A stretch of DNA of 64,000 bases from Actinomycetota bacterium (GTDB taxonomy: Bacteria; Actinomycetota; UBA4738; HRBIN12). Under the pieces are notes generated by a model. That model was not told the DNA's origin, made no database searches, and worked only from the letters and a program-made list of their open reading frames with translations. Below are positions 19,154 to 28,328 of the stretch, piece after piece. Numbering within the stretch: position 1 is the stretch's first letter; each line of letters opens with the position of its first letter. The stretch covers positions 2,868-66,867 of the forward strand of contig DATAPH010000088.1 in the NCBI GenBank assembly GCA_036265325.1, written 5' to 3'. The position numbers and the translations under genes are program-made.

Positions 19154-19242
19154 GGCGGTGGCCGAGGGATTCGAACCCTCGGGAGAGTTTCCCCTCCACA
19201 CGCTTTCCAGGCGTGTCCCTTCGGCCGCTCGGGCAGGCCACC
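19154..19242 (-). tRNA. tRNA-Ser (anticodon GGA)
   Basis: I folded it by hand. Acceptor GGUGGCC/GGCCACC; D-arm CCCGAGCGGCCGAAGGG; anticodon stem CACGC/GCGUG with loop CUGGAAA; long variable arm; T-arm GAGGGUUCGAAUCCCUC; discriminator G plus CC are encoded. Confidence 0.85.
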
Positions 19243-19274
19243 GGGCAGGAGTCTACGGAACCGTCGCGCACGGC

Positions 19275-19817
19275 TTAAGAACTCTTCAGGTAGAGGAACG
19301 ACGCATAGGCCGTCCGGCCCTTCGGCGTCAGATGCATCTTGTCGTAGAACCAGTTGGCGTGGCCGCGCGAGTGCTTGTACCAGTCGATCAGGTAGGTGTT
19401 CGCGTGCCGCTGCGCGCATGCGCGCAGCCGCGTGTTCTGCGCCCTCATGATCTTGGGGTGGCTGGGCGGACCGGTCACGGTCACGAGGTACACGCGCCGA
19501 GCAGATCCGGCCAGACGGGCGATCGTGTCGCAATCCCCCGGCCGGATCAGGACGCCGTTCGTCCCGAGGTGGATGACGATCTTCTGGCGCAACAGGCCGT
19601 GACGCTTCTTGCGCTTGACGATCGACACCGCCTCGTAGAACTGGCGAGACTTCACCGCGTCGACGACGAAGCCGTGTGCCCGGAGCTGCGCCTTCGCGCC
19701 GAGCATGACCGAGTCGCCGATCGCGTATCGACCCGCGGGGATGCCTGAGGCGAGCGCCGGCGCAGCAACGGCGAGCAGAGACACGGCAACGGCGACGGCG
19801 ATGAGAGTTCGGCGCAT
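19275..19817 (-). CDS. secreted SGNH/GDSL-like hydrolase
   Basis: It has a signal peptide (MRRTLIAVAVAVSLLAVAAPALASG) and a GDS-type block YAIGDSVMLG. G+C looks lower than in neighbouring genes. Confidence 0.55.
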   Translation of the reverse strand: MRRTLIAVAVAVSLLAVAAPALASGIPAGRYAIGDSVMLGAKAQLRAHGFVVDAVKSRQFYEAVSIVKRKKRHGLLRQKIVIHLGTNGVLIRPGDCDTIARLAGSARRVYLVTVTGPPSHPKIMRAQNTRLRACAQRHANTYLIDWYKHSRGHANWFYDKMHLTPKGRTAYASFLYLKSS

Positions 19818-19866
19818 CCCCGCACCTTACGGCGCGCGGTCGGGAGGGACCACGTAGGCTTCGAAC

Positions 19867-20319
19867 GTGATCACGTTGCGGCCGCTCACGGTCGACAACC
19901 GCGCCGCGCTCGAAGCCCTTAGGATCGAGCCGTTCCAAGAGAAGTTCGTCAACAACGTGTCCGAAGCCCTGCAGGAAGCGGAGGACGAGCCCGGCGGTCG
20001 AGCGATCCAGTTCGGGCTCTACGACGACAACAAGCCGGTCGGCTTCGTGATGATCAGCGACGAGGTCGACGGGCCCGGATACATCGCCCACTACCTATGG
20101 AAGCTCCTGATCGACCGCGACAACCAACGGAAGGGCTACGGCACCGCTGCTCTGAACCTCGTTTCGACGTACTTCAGGGAACGAGGGAACACGGAGATGT
20201 GGACGACCGCCGGCGAGGGCGACGGCAGCCCGATCCCGTTCTACGAGCGCTACGGCTTCGTCCGGACCGGCGACATCATCTTCGACAACGAAGTGCTGCT
20301 CCGCCTCGATCTCACCTGA
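19867..20319 (+). CDS. GNAT family N-acetyltransferase
   Basis: GTG start. The acetyl-CoA binding motif reads NQRKGYGTAALNL, and the C-terminal block is FYERYGFVRTGD. Confidence 0.7.
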   Translation: MITLRPLTVDNRAALEALRIEPFQEKFVNNVSEALQEAEDEPGGRAIQFGLYDDNKPVGFVMISDEVDGPGYIAHYLWKLLIDRDNQRKGYGTAALNLVSTYFRERGNTEMWTTAGEGDGSPIPFYERYGFVRTGDIIFDNEVLLRLDLT

Positions 20320-20346
20320 GCGCCCGCCGAGGCGTACCATCCGACC

Positions 20347-20529
20347 GTGGGCACTCCCGACTTCTCGCGTGGCGGCGGCTTCGGCACTCCGGAGGACAAG
20401 GAGAGAGAACTCGAGCGACGTCACGAGGAAGCTGCCAAGGAGATCGAGGCCGACCGGATCGCGAAGCGGGCGGAGGAAAGCGATCCGTCGTGGCGCCCCT
20501 GGTACAAGCGGCTCTTCCGTCGTTCCTAG
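20347..20529 (+). CDS. small charged hypothetical protein (60 aa)
   Basis: GTG start. High GC3. The sequence is strongly Glu/Arg/Lys-rich, consistent with a coiled coil or disordered region. The RBS is weak. Confidence 0.3.
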   Translation: MGTPDFSRGGGFGTPEDKERELERRHEEAAKEIEADRIAKRAEESDPSWRPWYKRLFRRS

Positions 20530-20532
20530 CGC

Positions 20533-21093
20533 CTAGAACGTGTTGATCACGACGGCGACCGTGTCGCTCTGGGTCGAGTCGCCCTCGGACGTGATCGTCA
20601 CCGGGCACCGGTAGTGCAGGTTCGCGTTGACCGTCACCATGTTGAGCGTGATCGCGATGCGCCGCCCAGGCTTCAGCGTGAACGAGTAGTTGCTATGGAT
20701 GAACTGATCCGTGATGTGCACGGCGCTCACGCCGACGGGAACCTTGTACTTACCGATCAGCACCCGAAGGATCTGGAAGTTCTTGTTGCCCGTGCAGCCG
20801 GTGAGGTCGAAGGTGTCCTTTGTCGTGCCGTCGTTCTGGAAGGTGAGCCAGTACCAGACGCCCTCGCCGTTATCGATCCGCTGGGAGATCGTCTGTCCCT
20901 TGGCGTTGGCGTTGTAGATGTTGTTGCCCTTCCAGGGGTGGGGGGGCGGGTTGATCGTGCACCCGGTGCTCTGACCGCAGAGCTTGATCCACGCGTCGGG
21001 CCGGTACGGCGCTGAGCCCGCACTGGCCGCCGGGACGACGAACGTTTGGGCGGCGAGGCCGACGACGATCAACGCGAGCAGCGTTCGCTTCAT
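20533..21093 (-). CDS. secreted hypothetical protein (Asn/Thr/Gly-rich, 186 aa)
   Basis: In-frame ATG at 21093 (MKRTLLALIVVGLAAQTFVVPAASAGS), so a signal peptide is present. No domain is recognised. Its G+C is visibly lower than the window average. Confidence 0.5.
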   Translation of the reverse strand: MKRTLLALIVVGLAAQTFVVPAASAGSAPYRPDAWIKLCGQSTGCTINPPPHPWKGNNIYNANAKGQTISQRIDNGEGVWYWLTFQNDGTTKDTFDLTGCTGNKNFQILRVLIGKYKVPVGVSAVHITDQFIHSNYSFTLKPGRRIAITLNMVTVNANLHYRCPVTITSEGDSTQSDTVAVVINTF

Positions 21094-21577
21094 GACTTCG
21101 GAGGTATCGGGAAGCGAGGCCGCCCTGCTTGACCCCGCCGTATGGGGGACACCACGGCGATCCCGAGATACGCTCAGCCGGTCTGAGAGGAGGGCGACGA
21201 TCCGAAAGCCACAGTCGCGTTCACCCGGTGAACTCGCCGTCCCGGCGCTCACCACGCCCGGCATCGACCGCCGCGAGGCGTTCGCCGACGACCGGATCTG
21301 GGTCGGCACGATCCGGACCGAAGCCAAGACCTGGTCCGATTGGCACGTCCACCCCGGCCACGACACCTATGGCTTCGTCACCGAGGGGATCGCGCGAGTC
21401 GAGTTCGATGCCGATGGCAACGGGATCGAGACCGGGCCCGGCGGGTTCGTGCTCATCCCCGCAGGCGCCCCGCATCGCGAGGGCAACCCCGGTGAGGTGC
21501 CGAACGCGGGCGTGATCTTCCGCGTGGGCGAAGGTCCGGTGCTCGAGCCGCTGGATGGCCCACCTCCCTCGACCTGA
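21092..21577 (+). CDS. cupin domain protein
   Basis: The cupin motifs (WHVHPGHDTYGFVTEG...GFVLIPAGAPH) fall in the C-terminal ~115 aa. The only canonical in-frame start is the ATG at 21092, which overlaps the divergent gene's start codon (CATG). A strong internal SD, GAGAGGAGGG at about 21186, is not followed by a canonical start, so the true start is uncertain. Confidence 0.5.
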   Translation: MTSEVSGSEAALLDPAVWGTPRRSRDTLSRSERRATIRKPQSRSPGELAVPALTTPGIDRREAFADDRIWVGTIRTEAKTWSDWHVHPGHDTYGFVTEGIARVEFDADGNGIETGPGGFVLIPAGAPHREGNPGEVPNAGVIFRVGEGPVLEPLDGPPPST

Positions 21578-21624
21578 AGCAACGCGAACGGGCGGGCCCG
21601 TGTGGACCCGCCCGAACGAAAGCG

Positions 21625-21714
21625 CGGAGGCGGCGTGATTTGAACACGCGAGGGACGGATTAGGCCCCTAACCGCTTTCGAGGCGGTCCCGTTCGGCCGC
21701 TCCGGCACGCCTCC
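21625..21714 (-). tRNA. tRNA-Ser (anticodon CGA)
   Basis: I folded it by hand. Acceptor GGAGGCG/CGCCUCC; anticodon stem ACCGC/GCGGU with loop CUCGAAA; long variable arm; T-arm GCGUGUUCAAAUCACGC; discriminator G. Confidence 0.85.
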
Positions 21715-21763
21715 GTCGCCGAGTCTAGCAACGCCCCTTCGCACGGGTGCCGCGCGTGGCAGG

Positions 21764-22168
21764 ATGCGGGGGATGATCGACGTCGAGACCATCGCCGGCA
21801 TCCCGCTGTTCGACGGCCTGCCACCCGAAGACCTGGCGCGGATAGCAAGTTGGCTCGAGCCGATAGACGTTCCGGCCGACTGGCACCTGCTGAACCAGGG
21901 CTCATTCCCGGACGGCTTCTTCGTCGTGCTCGAAGGAACCGTCCGCATCGAGCGCAACGGCGAGCCCGTCGCGGAGCTCGGACCGGGTGACTTCTTCGGC
22001 GAGATCGCCTTGCTCGAGGACAACAAGCGGACGGCGTCCGTCGCGACGGCCACGCGGGTGCGCGCCGCCGTCATGGCTCAGGCGGACTTCTTCGAGATGA
22101 CCGCCCAGATACCGGCGATCAGCAAGCGGATCACCGACGCCGCGATCTCGAGGTTCCCGAAGCGCTAG
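21764..22168 (+). CDS. cyclic nucleotide-binding domain protein
   Basis: 134 aa with the cNMP-binding motif GDFFGEIALLEDNKRTASVAT. Confidence 0.7.
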   Translation: MRGMIDVETIAGIPLFDGLPPEDLARIASWLEPIDVPADWHLLNQGSFPDGFFVVLEGTVRIERNGEPVAELGPGDFFGEIALLEDNKRTASVATATRVRAAVMAQADFFEMTAQIPAISKRITDAAISRFPKR

Positions 22169-22614
22169 CGGCGGTCGCGGAAGAACGCGCGGAGCAGCTC
22201 GCCGCAGGCGTCAGCCTCGACGCCCGTCACGAGCTCGGCGCGATGGTTGAGCCGCGGATGCTGCACGAGATTGCCCAGCGATCCCGTGAAACCCGCCTTG
22301 GGGTCGGGCGCGCCGACGACGACGCGGTCCACGCGAGCGAGCACGACGGCGCCCGCGCACATCGCGCACGGCTCCAACGTCACGATCAAGGTGCAATCGT
22401 CGAGTCGCCAGGTGCCGAGTGCGTCGGCCGCGGCTCGGAGTGCGAGCACCTCCGCGTGGGCGGTGGGGTCCTGCCGCAGCTCTCGCTCGTTGCCCGCCGC
22501 GGCGACCTCGCGATCGTCGCGCACGACGACGCAGCCGATCGGGACGTCGTCGTGGTCGGGGCACCCGCGCGCCACCTCGAGCGCGCGGTCCATCCACTCG
22601 GCGTCAGTAGGCAT
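22165..22614 (-). CDS. tadA: tRNA-specific adenosine deaminase
   Basis: CDA-fold zinc motifs HAEVLAL and TLEPCAMCAGA are present. I trimmed it to the ATG at 22614 (MPTDAEWMDRAL). The track's longer N-terminal extension overlaps the upstream gene. Confidence 0.8.
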   Translation of the reverse strand: MPTDAEWMDRALEVARGCPDHDDVPIGCVVVRDDREVAAAGNERELRQDPTAHAEVLALRAAADALGTWRLDDCTLIVTLEPCAMCAGAVVLARVDRVVVGAPDPKAGFTGSLGNLVQHPRLNHRAELVTGVEADACGELLRAFFRDRR

Positions 22615-22954
22615 CGATGTCGCGCAGGCGGTCGTCGCTGATGCCGAAGTGGTGCGCAACCTCGTGGGCAACGGTACGCGCGACCTGTGCGCGCACACGC
22701 TCGCCGTCGGGCCCGGCATAGGCGACGATCGACGCGCGGTACAGCGTGATCGTGTCCGGGAGCACGTTGGTGTAGCCGCTGCCACGGCGCGAGAGCGGGA
22801 TCCCGTGATACAGGCCGAGCAGGCCCGGTTGCCCCGACGGCGGATAGTCCTCGATCAGGACGGAGACGTTGTCCATCGCCTGGTGCACCCATTCGGGCAA
22901 GCCGTCGATCGCTTCGACGACGAGCTCTTCGAAGCGGTCGGCCGAGACGGACAT
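22604..22954 (-). CDS. zincin-like metallopeptidase family protein
   Basis: 116 aa with HEVAHHFG (an HExxH motif), which is typical of small actinobacterial zincin-like proteins. Confidence 0.6.
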   Translation of the reverse strand: MSVSADRFEELVVEAIDGLPEWVHQAMDNVSVLIEDYPPSGQPGLLGLYHGIPLSRRGSGYTNVLPDTITLYRASIVAYAGPDGERVRAQVARTVAHEVAHHFGISDDRLRDIDAY

Positions 22955-22982
22955 GCCGCGTAGCGTACGAGTCGCCCGTGCG

Positions 22983-23567
22983 TTACGCCGACGGCAGCCA
23001 CGCGGCGCGCGATGCCTCGAACGCGTCGATCGCGTCGGTGTGGCGAAGCGTGAGCCCGATGTCGTCGAACCCTTCCATCAGGCGCCAGCGCGTGAACTGC
23101 TCCATGTCGAAGGTCTCGTCGAGGCCCGGCGCACGCACCGTCAGCGTGTCGAGATCGATCTCGATGCGCGTGGCGGGGTCGTCGAGCGAGGCGTCCATCA
23201 GCGCGCGCACCGATTCCTCGCGGACCTCGATCGGCAGCAGGCCGATCTTCAGACAGTTGTTCCGGAAGATGTCGGCGAAGCTCGGGGAGATCACCGCCTT
23301 GAAGCCGTGATCCTCGATCGCCCAGGGTGCGTGCTCGCGGCTCGAGCCGCACCCGAAGTTGGGGCCGGCGACGAGGATCGTCGCCCCGGCGTACCGCGGG
23401 TCGTTCAGGATGAAGGTCGGGTCCTTCCGCCACGCCTCGAACAGGAACGGGCCGAACCCCGTGCGTTCGATCCGCTTGAGATGTTCCGCCGGGATGATCT
23501 GGTCCGTATCGACGTCGGAGCGGTCCAACGGAAGCGCGGTGCCCTCGATGCGTCCGATCGGTTCCAT
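22983..23567 (-). CDS. leuD: 3-isopropylmalate dehydratase small subunit
   Basis: The ATG at 23565-23567 overlaps the leuC TGA by 1 nt. The sequence [26 protein letters not shown] is typical of LeuD. Confidence 0.85.
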   Translation of the reverse strand: MEPIGRIEGTALPLDRSDVDTDQIIPAEHLKRIERTGFGPFLFEAWRKDPTFILNDPRYAGATILVAGPNFGCGSSREHAPWAIEDHGFKAVISPSFADIFRNNCLKIGLLPIEVREESVRALMDASLDDPATRIEIDLDTLTVRAPGLDETFDMEQFTRWRLMEGFDDIGLTLRHTDAIDAFEASRAAWLPSA

Positions 23568-24958
23568 CACAGATCCTCCGGGGTCGTGAAGTGCCCGGCG
23601 ATGGCGGTGGCCGCCGCGACCCGCGGGCTCACGAGGTGTGTGCGGCCGCCTTTGCCCTGGCGTCCCTCGAAGTTGCGGTTGCTCGTCGAGGCGCTCCGCT
23701 CGCCCGGCTGCAAGATGTCGGGGTTCATCCCCAGGCACATCGAACAGCCGGCGCCGCGCCAATCGAACCCCGCCGCGTTGAAGACCTCGTCGAGGCCCTC
23801 CTCCTCGGCCTGCATCTTGACCGCGACGCTGCCGGGAACCACGAGTGCCCGGATGCCCTCTGCGACACGACGGCCGCGCACGACGTCTGCCGCGACCCGC
23901 AGGTCCTCGATCCGTGAATTGGTGCATGAACCGATGAAGACGGTGTCGGGCCGGATGTCGCGGAGCGCGGTGCCCGGTTCAAGCGCCATATAGGCGAGGG
24001 CGCGCTCGGCGGCCTCCTTGCGCCCGCTCTCGCCGAACGAGGACGGATCGGGCACCGCGCCGTCGATCGTCGTCGATTGCGCGGGATTGGTCCCCCAACT
24101 CACGTACGGCCGCAGCGTCGCGGCGTCGAGCGTGACCTCGGTGTCGAACGATGCGCCCCGATCGGTCGGGAGCGTCCGCCAGTGCTCGAGAGCGGCGTCC
24201 CACTCGGCATCCTTCGGCGCGTGCGCGCGACCCTTCACGTAGGCGAACGTCGTCTCGTCCGGCGCGACGACGCCGGCGCGCGCACCGCCCTCGATCGACA
24301 TGTTGCAGATCGTCATGCGGCCTTCCATCGAGAGCGCCTCGATCGCCGAGCCTCGGTACTCGATCACGTGACCCGCGCCGCCCCCGGTTCCGATCCGGTT
24401 GATGATCGCGAGGATGATGTCCTTGGCGCTGCAGTTGGGTGGCAAGTCGCCCTCGACGGTGACGGCCATCCACTTCGGCCGGCTCTGCGGCAGCGTCTGC
24501 GTCGCGAGCACGTGCTCGACCTCGCTGGTGCCGATGCCGAACGCCAGCGCGCCGAACGCGCCGTGCGTCGAGGTGTGGGAGTCGCCGCACACGATGGTCA
24601 TGCCGGGCTGCGTGTAGCCCTGCTCCGGGCCGATCACGTGCACGATCCCCTGGCCGCCCGAACCCCACGGGTACAGCGTGATGCCGAACTCGTCGGCGTT
24701 GGCCTGGAGGGCTTGCATCTGCCGGGCGCTCACCGCGTCGGTGACCGGACCGTCCGTCGTCGGGACGTTGTGGTCCATCGTCGCGACGGTGAGATCGGGA
24801 CGCCGCACCGGCCGATCCGTCATCCGCAACCCGTCGAAGGCCTGCGGGCTCGTGACCTCGTGCACGAGGTGAAGGTCGATGTAGAGGAGGTCCGGCTCGC
24901 CGTCGGCGCTTCGGACGACGTGGTGGTCCCAGATCTTCTCGGCGAGCGTCTTGGGCAT
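23567..24958 (-). CDS. leuC: 3-isopropylmalate dehydratase large subunit
   Basis: Aconitase-family motifs are present. I trimmed it to the ATG at 24958 ([15 protein letters not shown]). Confidence 0.9.
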   Translation of the reverse strand: MPKTLAEKIWDHHVVRSADGEPDLLYIDLHLVHEVTSPQAFDGLRMTDRPVRRPDLTVATMDHNVPTTDGPVTDAVSARQMQALQANADEFGITLYPWGSGGQGIVHVIGPEQGYTQPGMTIVCGDSHTSTHGAFGALAFGIGTSEVEHVLATQTLPQSRPKWMAVTVEGDLPPNCSAKDIILAIINRIGTGGGAGHVIEYRGSAIEALSMEGRMTICNMSIEGGARAGVVAPDETTFAYVKGRAHAPKDAEWDAALEHWRTLPTDRGASFDTEVTLDAATLRPYVSWGTNPAQSTTIDGAVPDPSSFGESGRKEAAERALAYMALEPGTALRDIRPDTVFIGSCTNSRIEDLRVAADVVRGRRVAEGIRALVVPGSVAVKMQAEEEGLDEVFNAAGFDWRGAGCSMCLGMNPDILQPGERSASTSNRNFEGRQGKGGRTHLVSPRVAAATAIAGHFTTPEDL

Positions 24959-25008
24959 CGTTGGTTGCTCCTTGGGCAAGCGGTACGCCGCCGACCTGGT
25001 AGGTTGGA

Positions 25009-25044
25009 GTTCCAAATAATGGAACTCAGTTCCAAATAGTGGAC
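25009..25044. promoter_or_regulatory. tandem palindromic operator-like sites in the leuC / IclR-regulator divergent region
   Basis: GTTCCAAATAATGGAAC is a perfect inverted repeat with an AT core. It is followed 3 nt later by GTTCCAAATAGTGGAC. Together they are the most AT-rich element in the window. Confidence 0.35.
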
Positions 25045-25123
25045 ATCACATTAGCAGGCGCCGAGGGCACACGGGCGCCAACGGTTGTCAGCAGGTCGAC
25101 GAACAGCCGCAGGGAGCCAGGCC

Positions 25124-25915
25124 ATGCCGAGAACGGTTCAGGATGAGGAAACGTTCGCCTCCTTGGTGGACGACAACGCCGCGATCCAGCGCGGCTGGAG
25201 CGCCACGGCGGCACCCGCACCGGCGACAGGCGTCGGCGTGCTCGATCGTGCCGTCGATGTCCTCGACGCCGTCGAAGGCGGCGCGCGGTCGTTCACGGCG
25301 ATCGCCGACGCGACCGGCCTCACGAAGCCGACCGCGCACCGGATGATCACCGCGCTGCAGGCCCACGGGTTCTTGATGCATGTCGGCGGTGTCGGATACG
25401 CACTGGGCCCACGCCTGCTCAACCTCGCATCGACGGCGCTTCGCGAGCTTCCACTCCGTCAGTTGGCGCGTCCATCGCTCGAGCAGCTCACGCGAACCAC
25501 GGGCGAATCCGCGCAGCTCTACGTGCGCCACGGCGATCGCCGGATCTGCGTCGACGCCGTCGAATCGGAGAACGAGCTCCGCACGATCGTCCAGGTCGGC
25601 GCGTCACTCCCGCTCGGCCGGGGCTCTGCCGGCAAGGTGTTCCTCGCCTGGGGTCCGCCCTCCGACGAAGACGTGGAGGACATCCTCCAGTCCATCGCCA
25701 CGACCCGCCGCCGCGGCTGGGCCGACAGTTACGGCGAGCGTGAGCCCGGCGTCGCGTCGGTCAGCGCACCGATCTTCGGGCCGCACGACCACCTGCTCGC
25801 GGCCATCTCGGTGTCGGGCCCGCGGTCGCGCCTCGCGCCGCTGCAGGCAAAACGGTACGGACCCGCGGTCGTCGAGGCGGCGAAACAGGTCGAGCGGCTG
25901 CTGGGCCGGAGCTAA
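25124..25915 (+). CDS. IclR family transcriptional regulator (LtbR/LeuR-like, divergent from leuCD)
   Basis: The ATG at 25124 (MPRTVQDEE) heads an N-terminal wHTH (FTAIADATGLTKPTAHRMITAL) and a C-terminal IclR effector domain. Confidence 0.8.
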   Translation: MPRTVQDEETFASLVDDNAAIQRGWSATAAPAPATGVGVLDRAVDVLDAVEGGARSFTAIADATGLTKPTAHRMITALQAHGFLMHVGGVGYALGPRLLNLASTALRELPLRQLARPSLEQLTRTTGESAQLYVRHGDRRICVDAVESENELRTIVQVGASLPLGRGSAGKVFLAWGPPSDEDVEDILQSIATTRRRGWADSYGEREPGVASVSAPIFGPHDHLLAAISVSGPRSRLAPLQAKRYGPAVVEAAKQVERLLGRS

Positions 25916-25922
25916 CGCGCGG

Positions 25923-26894
25923 CTACCAGGCGTACGCCTCGGGCGCCCGGCCGCCCGGCCCGGGAAACGTCATGTCCAATGCTTCGAGCACGTCGTCGGA
26001 CAGCCGGATCTGCAGCGCGCGCATCGAGCCCAACAGCTGCGCCTCCGTCCGGGGGCCGATGATCGGGGCGGTCACGGCCGGTTGATGCAACAGCCAGGCC
26101 AACGCCACATCAGCCGGCCGCTCCCCCAGCTCCTTGCACAGGTGCTCGAACCGATCGAGCTGATCGCGCTCGGACTCCAACCTGCCCTGCATGTAGTCCT
26201 GCGCGCGGCGTCCCTCGGTGACCTTCTCCAACGCGCCCGCGAGCAGTCCGCCGGCCAGCGGGCTATACGGGATCAGGCCCATCCCGTACTCCTGCACCGA
26301 CGGGATCACCTCGAGCTCGACCGAGCGCTGCATCAGGTTGTAGACGGATTGCTCGGTCGCGAGGCCGAGTGACCGGCGCCACGACGCGATCTCGTTCGCG
26401 CGGGCGATGTGCCAGCCGGCGAAGTTCGACGATCCGACGTACAGGACCTTGCCCTGCCGCTTGAGCTGATCCATCGCCTCCCAGATCTCGTCCCACCAGG
26501 CCTCGCGGTCGATGTGTTGCATCTGGTAGAGGTCGATGCGATCGGTGCGGAGACGGCGCAACGACGCCTCGCACTGGTGGATGATCGACAACTTCGACAG
26601 CCGCGATTCGTTCGGCAGGTCGCCCATCTGCCCGTAGACCTTCGTCGCGAGCACCACCGTGTCGCGTCGCCCCTCGCCCTTGTCGAACCAACGCCCGATG
26701 ATCTCCTCGGTCGCGCCGACGCCGAGGTGACGGCCATACACGTTCGCTGTGTCCACGAAGTTGATCCCGTAGGCGACGGCCGTGTCCAAGATCGTGTGGC
26801 TGTCTTCCTCCGATGTGTGCGGGCCGAAGTTCATCGTGCCCAGACACAGCCGCGAGACGACGAGCCCCAATCGTCCGACGTGGGTGTACTCCAC
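25923..26894 (-). CDS. aldo/keto reductase
   Basis: 323 aa with AKR motifs (LGTMNFG, DTANVYG, and the catalytic tetrad region). Confidence 0.85.
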   Translation of the reverse strand: MEYTHVGRLGLVVSRLCLGTMNFGPHTSEEDSHTILDTAVAYGINFVDTANVYGRHLGVGATEEIIGRWFDKGEGRRDTVVLATKVYGQMGDLPNESRLSKLSIIHQCEASLRRLRTDRIDLYQMQHIDREAWWDEIWEAMDQLKRQGKVLYVGSSNFAGWHIARANEIASWRRSLGLATEQSVYNLMQRSVELEVIPSVQEYGMGLIPYSPLAGGLLAGALEKVTEGRRAQDYMQGRLESERDQLDRFEHLCKELGERPADVALAWLLHQPAVTAPIIGPRTEAQLLGSMRALQIRLSDDVLEALDMTFPGPGGRAPEAYAW

Positions 26895-26945
26895 GGTCCG
26901 AGTCTACGACCGCTTCATAGGGCAACCCGCTTACCCTGGGGCCCG

Positions 26946-28328
26946 ATGGACCCCGTGATGGAACCCGCGCCGGCCACGACCGCGCGCGCAGCGCAGCCGG
27001 CGCCCTGGCGCGAGGTCTTCCGGGGCAGGAACGGCCGGCTCGTCGTCGGGCTGCTGCTGTTCGAGACGCTCGGTGCGATCCACATGCTGATCGTGTCCAC
27101 CGTGATGCCGGCGGTGCTGAGCGATCTTGGCAACCTGACTCTGTACGGCTGGGCCGGCGCGGCATGGGCGCTCGCGATGATCGGGACGATCCCGATCGTG
27201 ACGTCGGCGGCGGACCGCCTCGGCACCCGGCCGATGATCCTCGTGACGGCCGCGCTCTATGTGATCGGCCTGACGATCTCGGCGGCCGCTCCGTCGATGG
27301 CGGTGCTCGTGGCCGGTCGGTTCGTGCAGGGCGCGGCGAGCGGCGCGGCGTACGCCCTGTCGATCAGCGCGATCGCGAAGACGATGTCGCCCGCGCTGCG
27401 GCCCCGTGTGCTCGCGGTGATGGCCACGGCGTGGCTGCTTCCGGGACTGTTCGGGCCGTTGATCGCGGGGTTCCTCGCCGACAACCTGAGCTGGCGATGG
27501 GCGTTCATCGTGCCGATCCCGTTCCTGTTCCTGTCGGTGGTGATGATCTACCCGGCGCTTCGCGACCGGCCCGACGCCGAAGCGGCGCCCGCGCCCGTCG
27601 GCGGCGCGCTGCTCGTCACGCTGGGCGCAGGGTTGTTCCTCGCGGGCCTCGACGGCGGTTCGTTCGTCTCTCCGATCCTCGCGGTCATCGGGCTGGTCCT
27701 GCTGATCGTGGCGCTGCGGCGGCTCGTGCAGCCGGGGACGTTCGTCGCACGGCGAGGCGCGCCGGCTGCCGCGTTGTGCGCGTTCCTGTTGTCGATGGCG
27801 TTCACGTCGATGGACAACTATGTGCCGCTGATGCTCACGCACGTCCGCGGCATGTCGATCACGGCCGCGGGCGTCACGATCTCGGTCGCGGCGCTCACCT
27901 GGGCGCTCGGATCGTGGTGGCAGTCCCACGCCGTCGGGCACCGCAGCTACGGCTGGCTCGTGATGATGGGCGCGCTGATCTTCCTCGTCGGGATCGCGGT
28001 CACCATCTGGGTGCTGCACGGCTCGCCGTTGTGGCTCATCGTGATCGCATGGATGACGGCCGGGTTCGGGATGGGAACCGCGTTCCCGGTGATCCCGCAG
28101 TCGGTGATGGCGGGCGCAGCCGAAGGGGCGGAGGCTCGCGAGCTGTCGCCCACGCTGCTGATGGACACCCTTGGGATCGCCGTGGGCGCGGGCGTCGCCG
28201 GCGCGGCGATCGCGCGGACCGCCGACGCCGGGCTGTCCCTTGTCACCGGGCTGACGATCGCGTTCGCGATCTCCGCCGTGGCGGGCGTCATGATGGCGGC
28301 GCTTGCTCCGCGGATCGATCGGCGGTAG
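26946..28328 (+). CDS. MFS transporter
   Basis: I trimmed it to the ATG at 26946 (MDPVMEPAP). There are 12 or more TM helices and MFS signature loops. Confidence 0.75.
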   Translation: MDPVMEPAPATTARAAQPAPWREVFRGRNGRLVVGLLLFETLGAIHMLIVSTVMPAVLSDLGNLTLYGWAGAAWALAMIGTIPIVTSAADRLGTRPMILVTAALYVIGLTISAAAPSMAVLVAGRFVQGAASGAAYALSISAIAKTMSPALRPRVLAVMATAWLLPGLFGPLIAGFLADNLSWRWAFIVPIPFLFLSVVMIYPALRDRPDAEAAPAPVGGALLVTLGAGLFLAGLDGGSFVSPILAVIGLVLLIVALRRLVQPGTFVARRGAPAAALCAFLLSMAFTSMDNYVPLMLTHVRGMSITAAGVTISVAALTWALGSWWQSHAVGHRSYGWLVMMGALIFLVGIAVTIWVLHGSPLWLIVIAWMTAGFGMGTAFPVIPQSVMAGAAEGAEARELSPTLLMDTLGIAVGAGVAGAAIARTADAGLSLVTGLTIAFAISAVAGVMMAALAPRIDRR

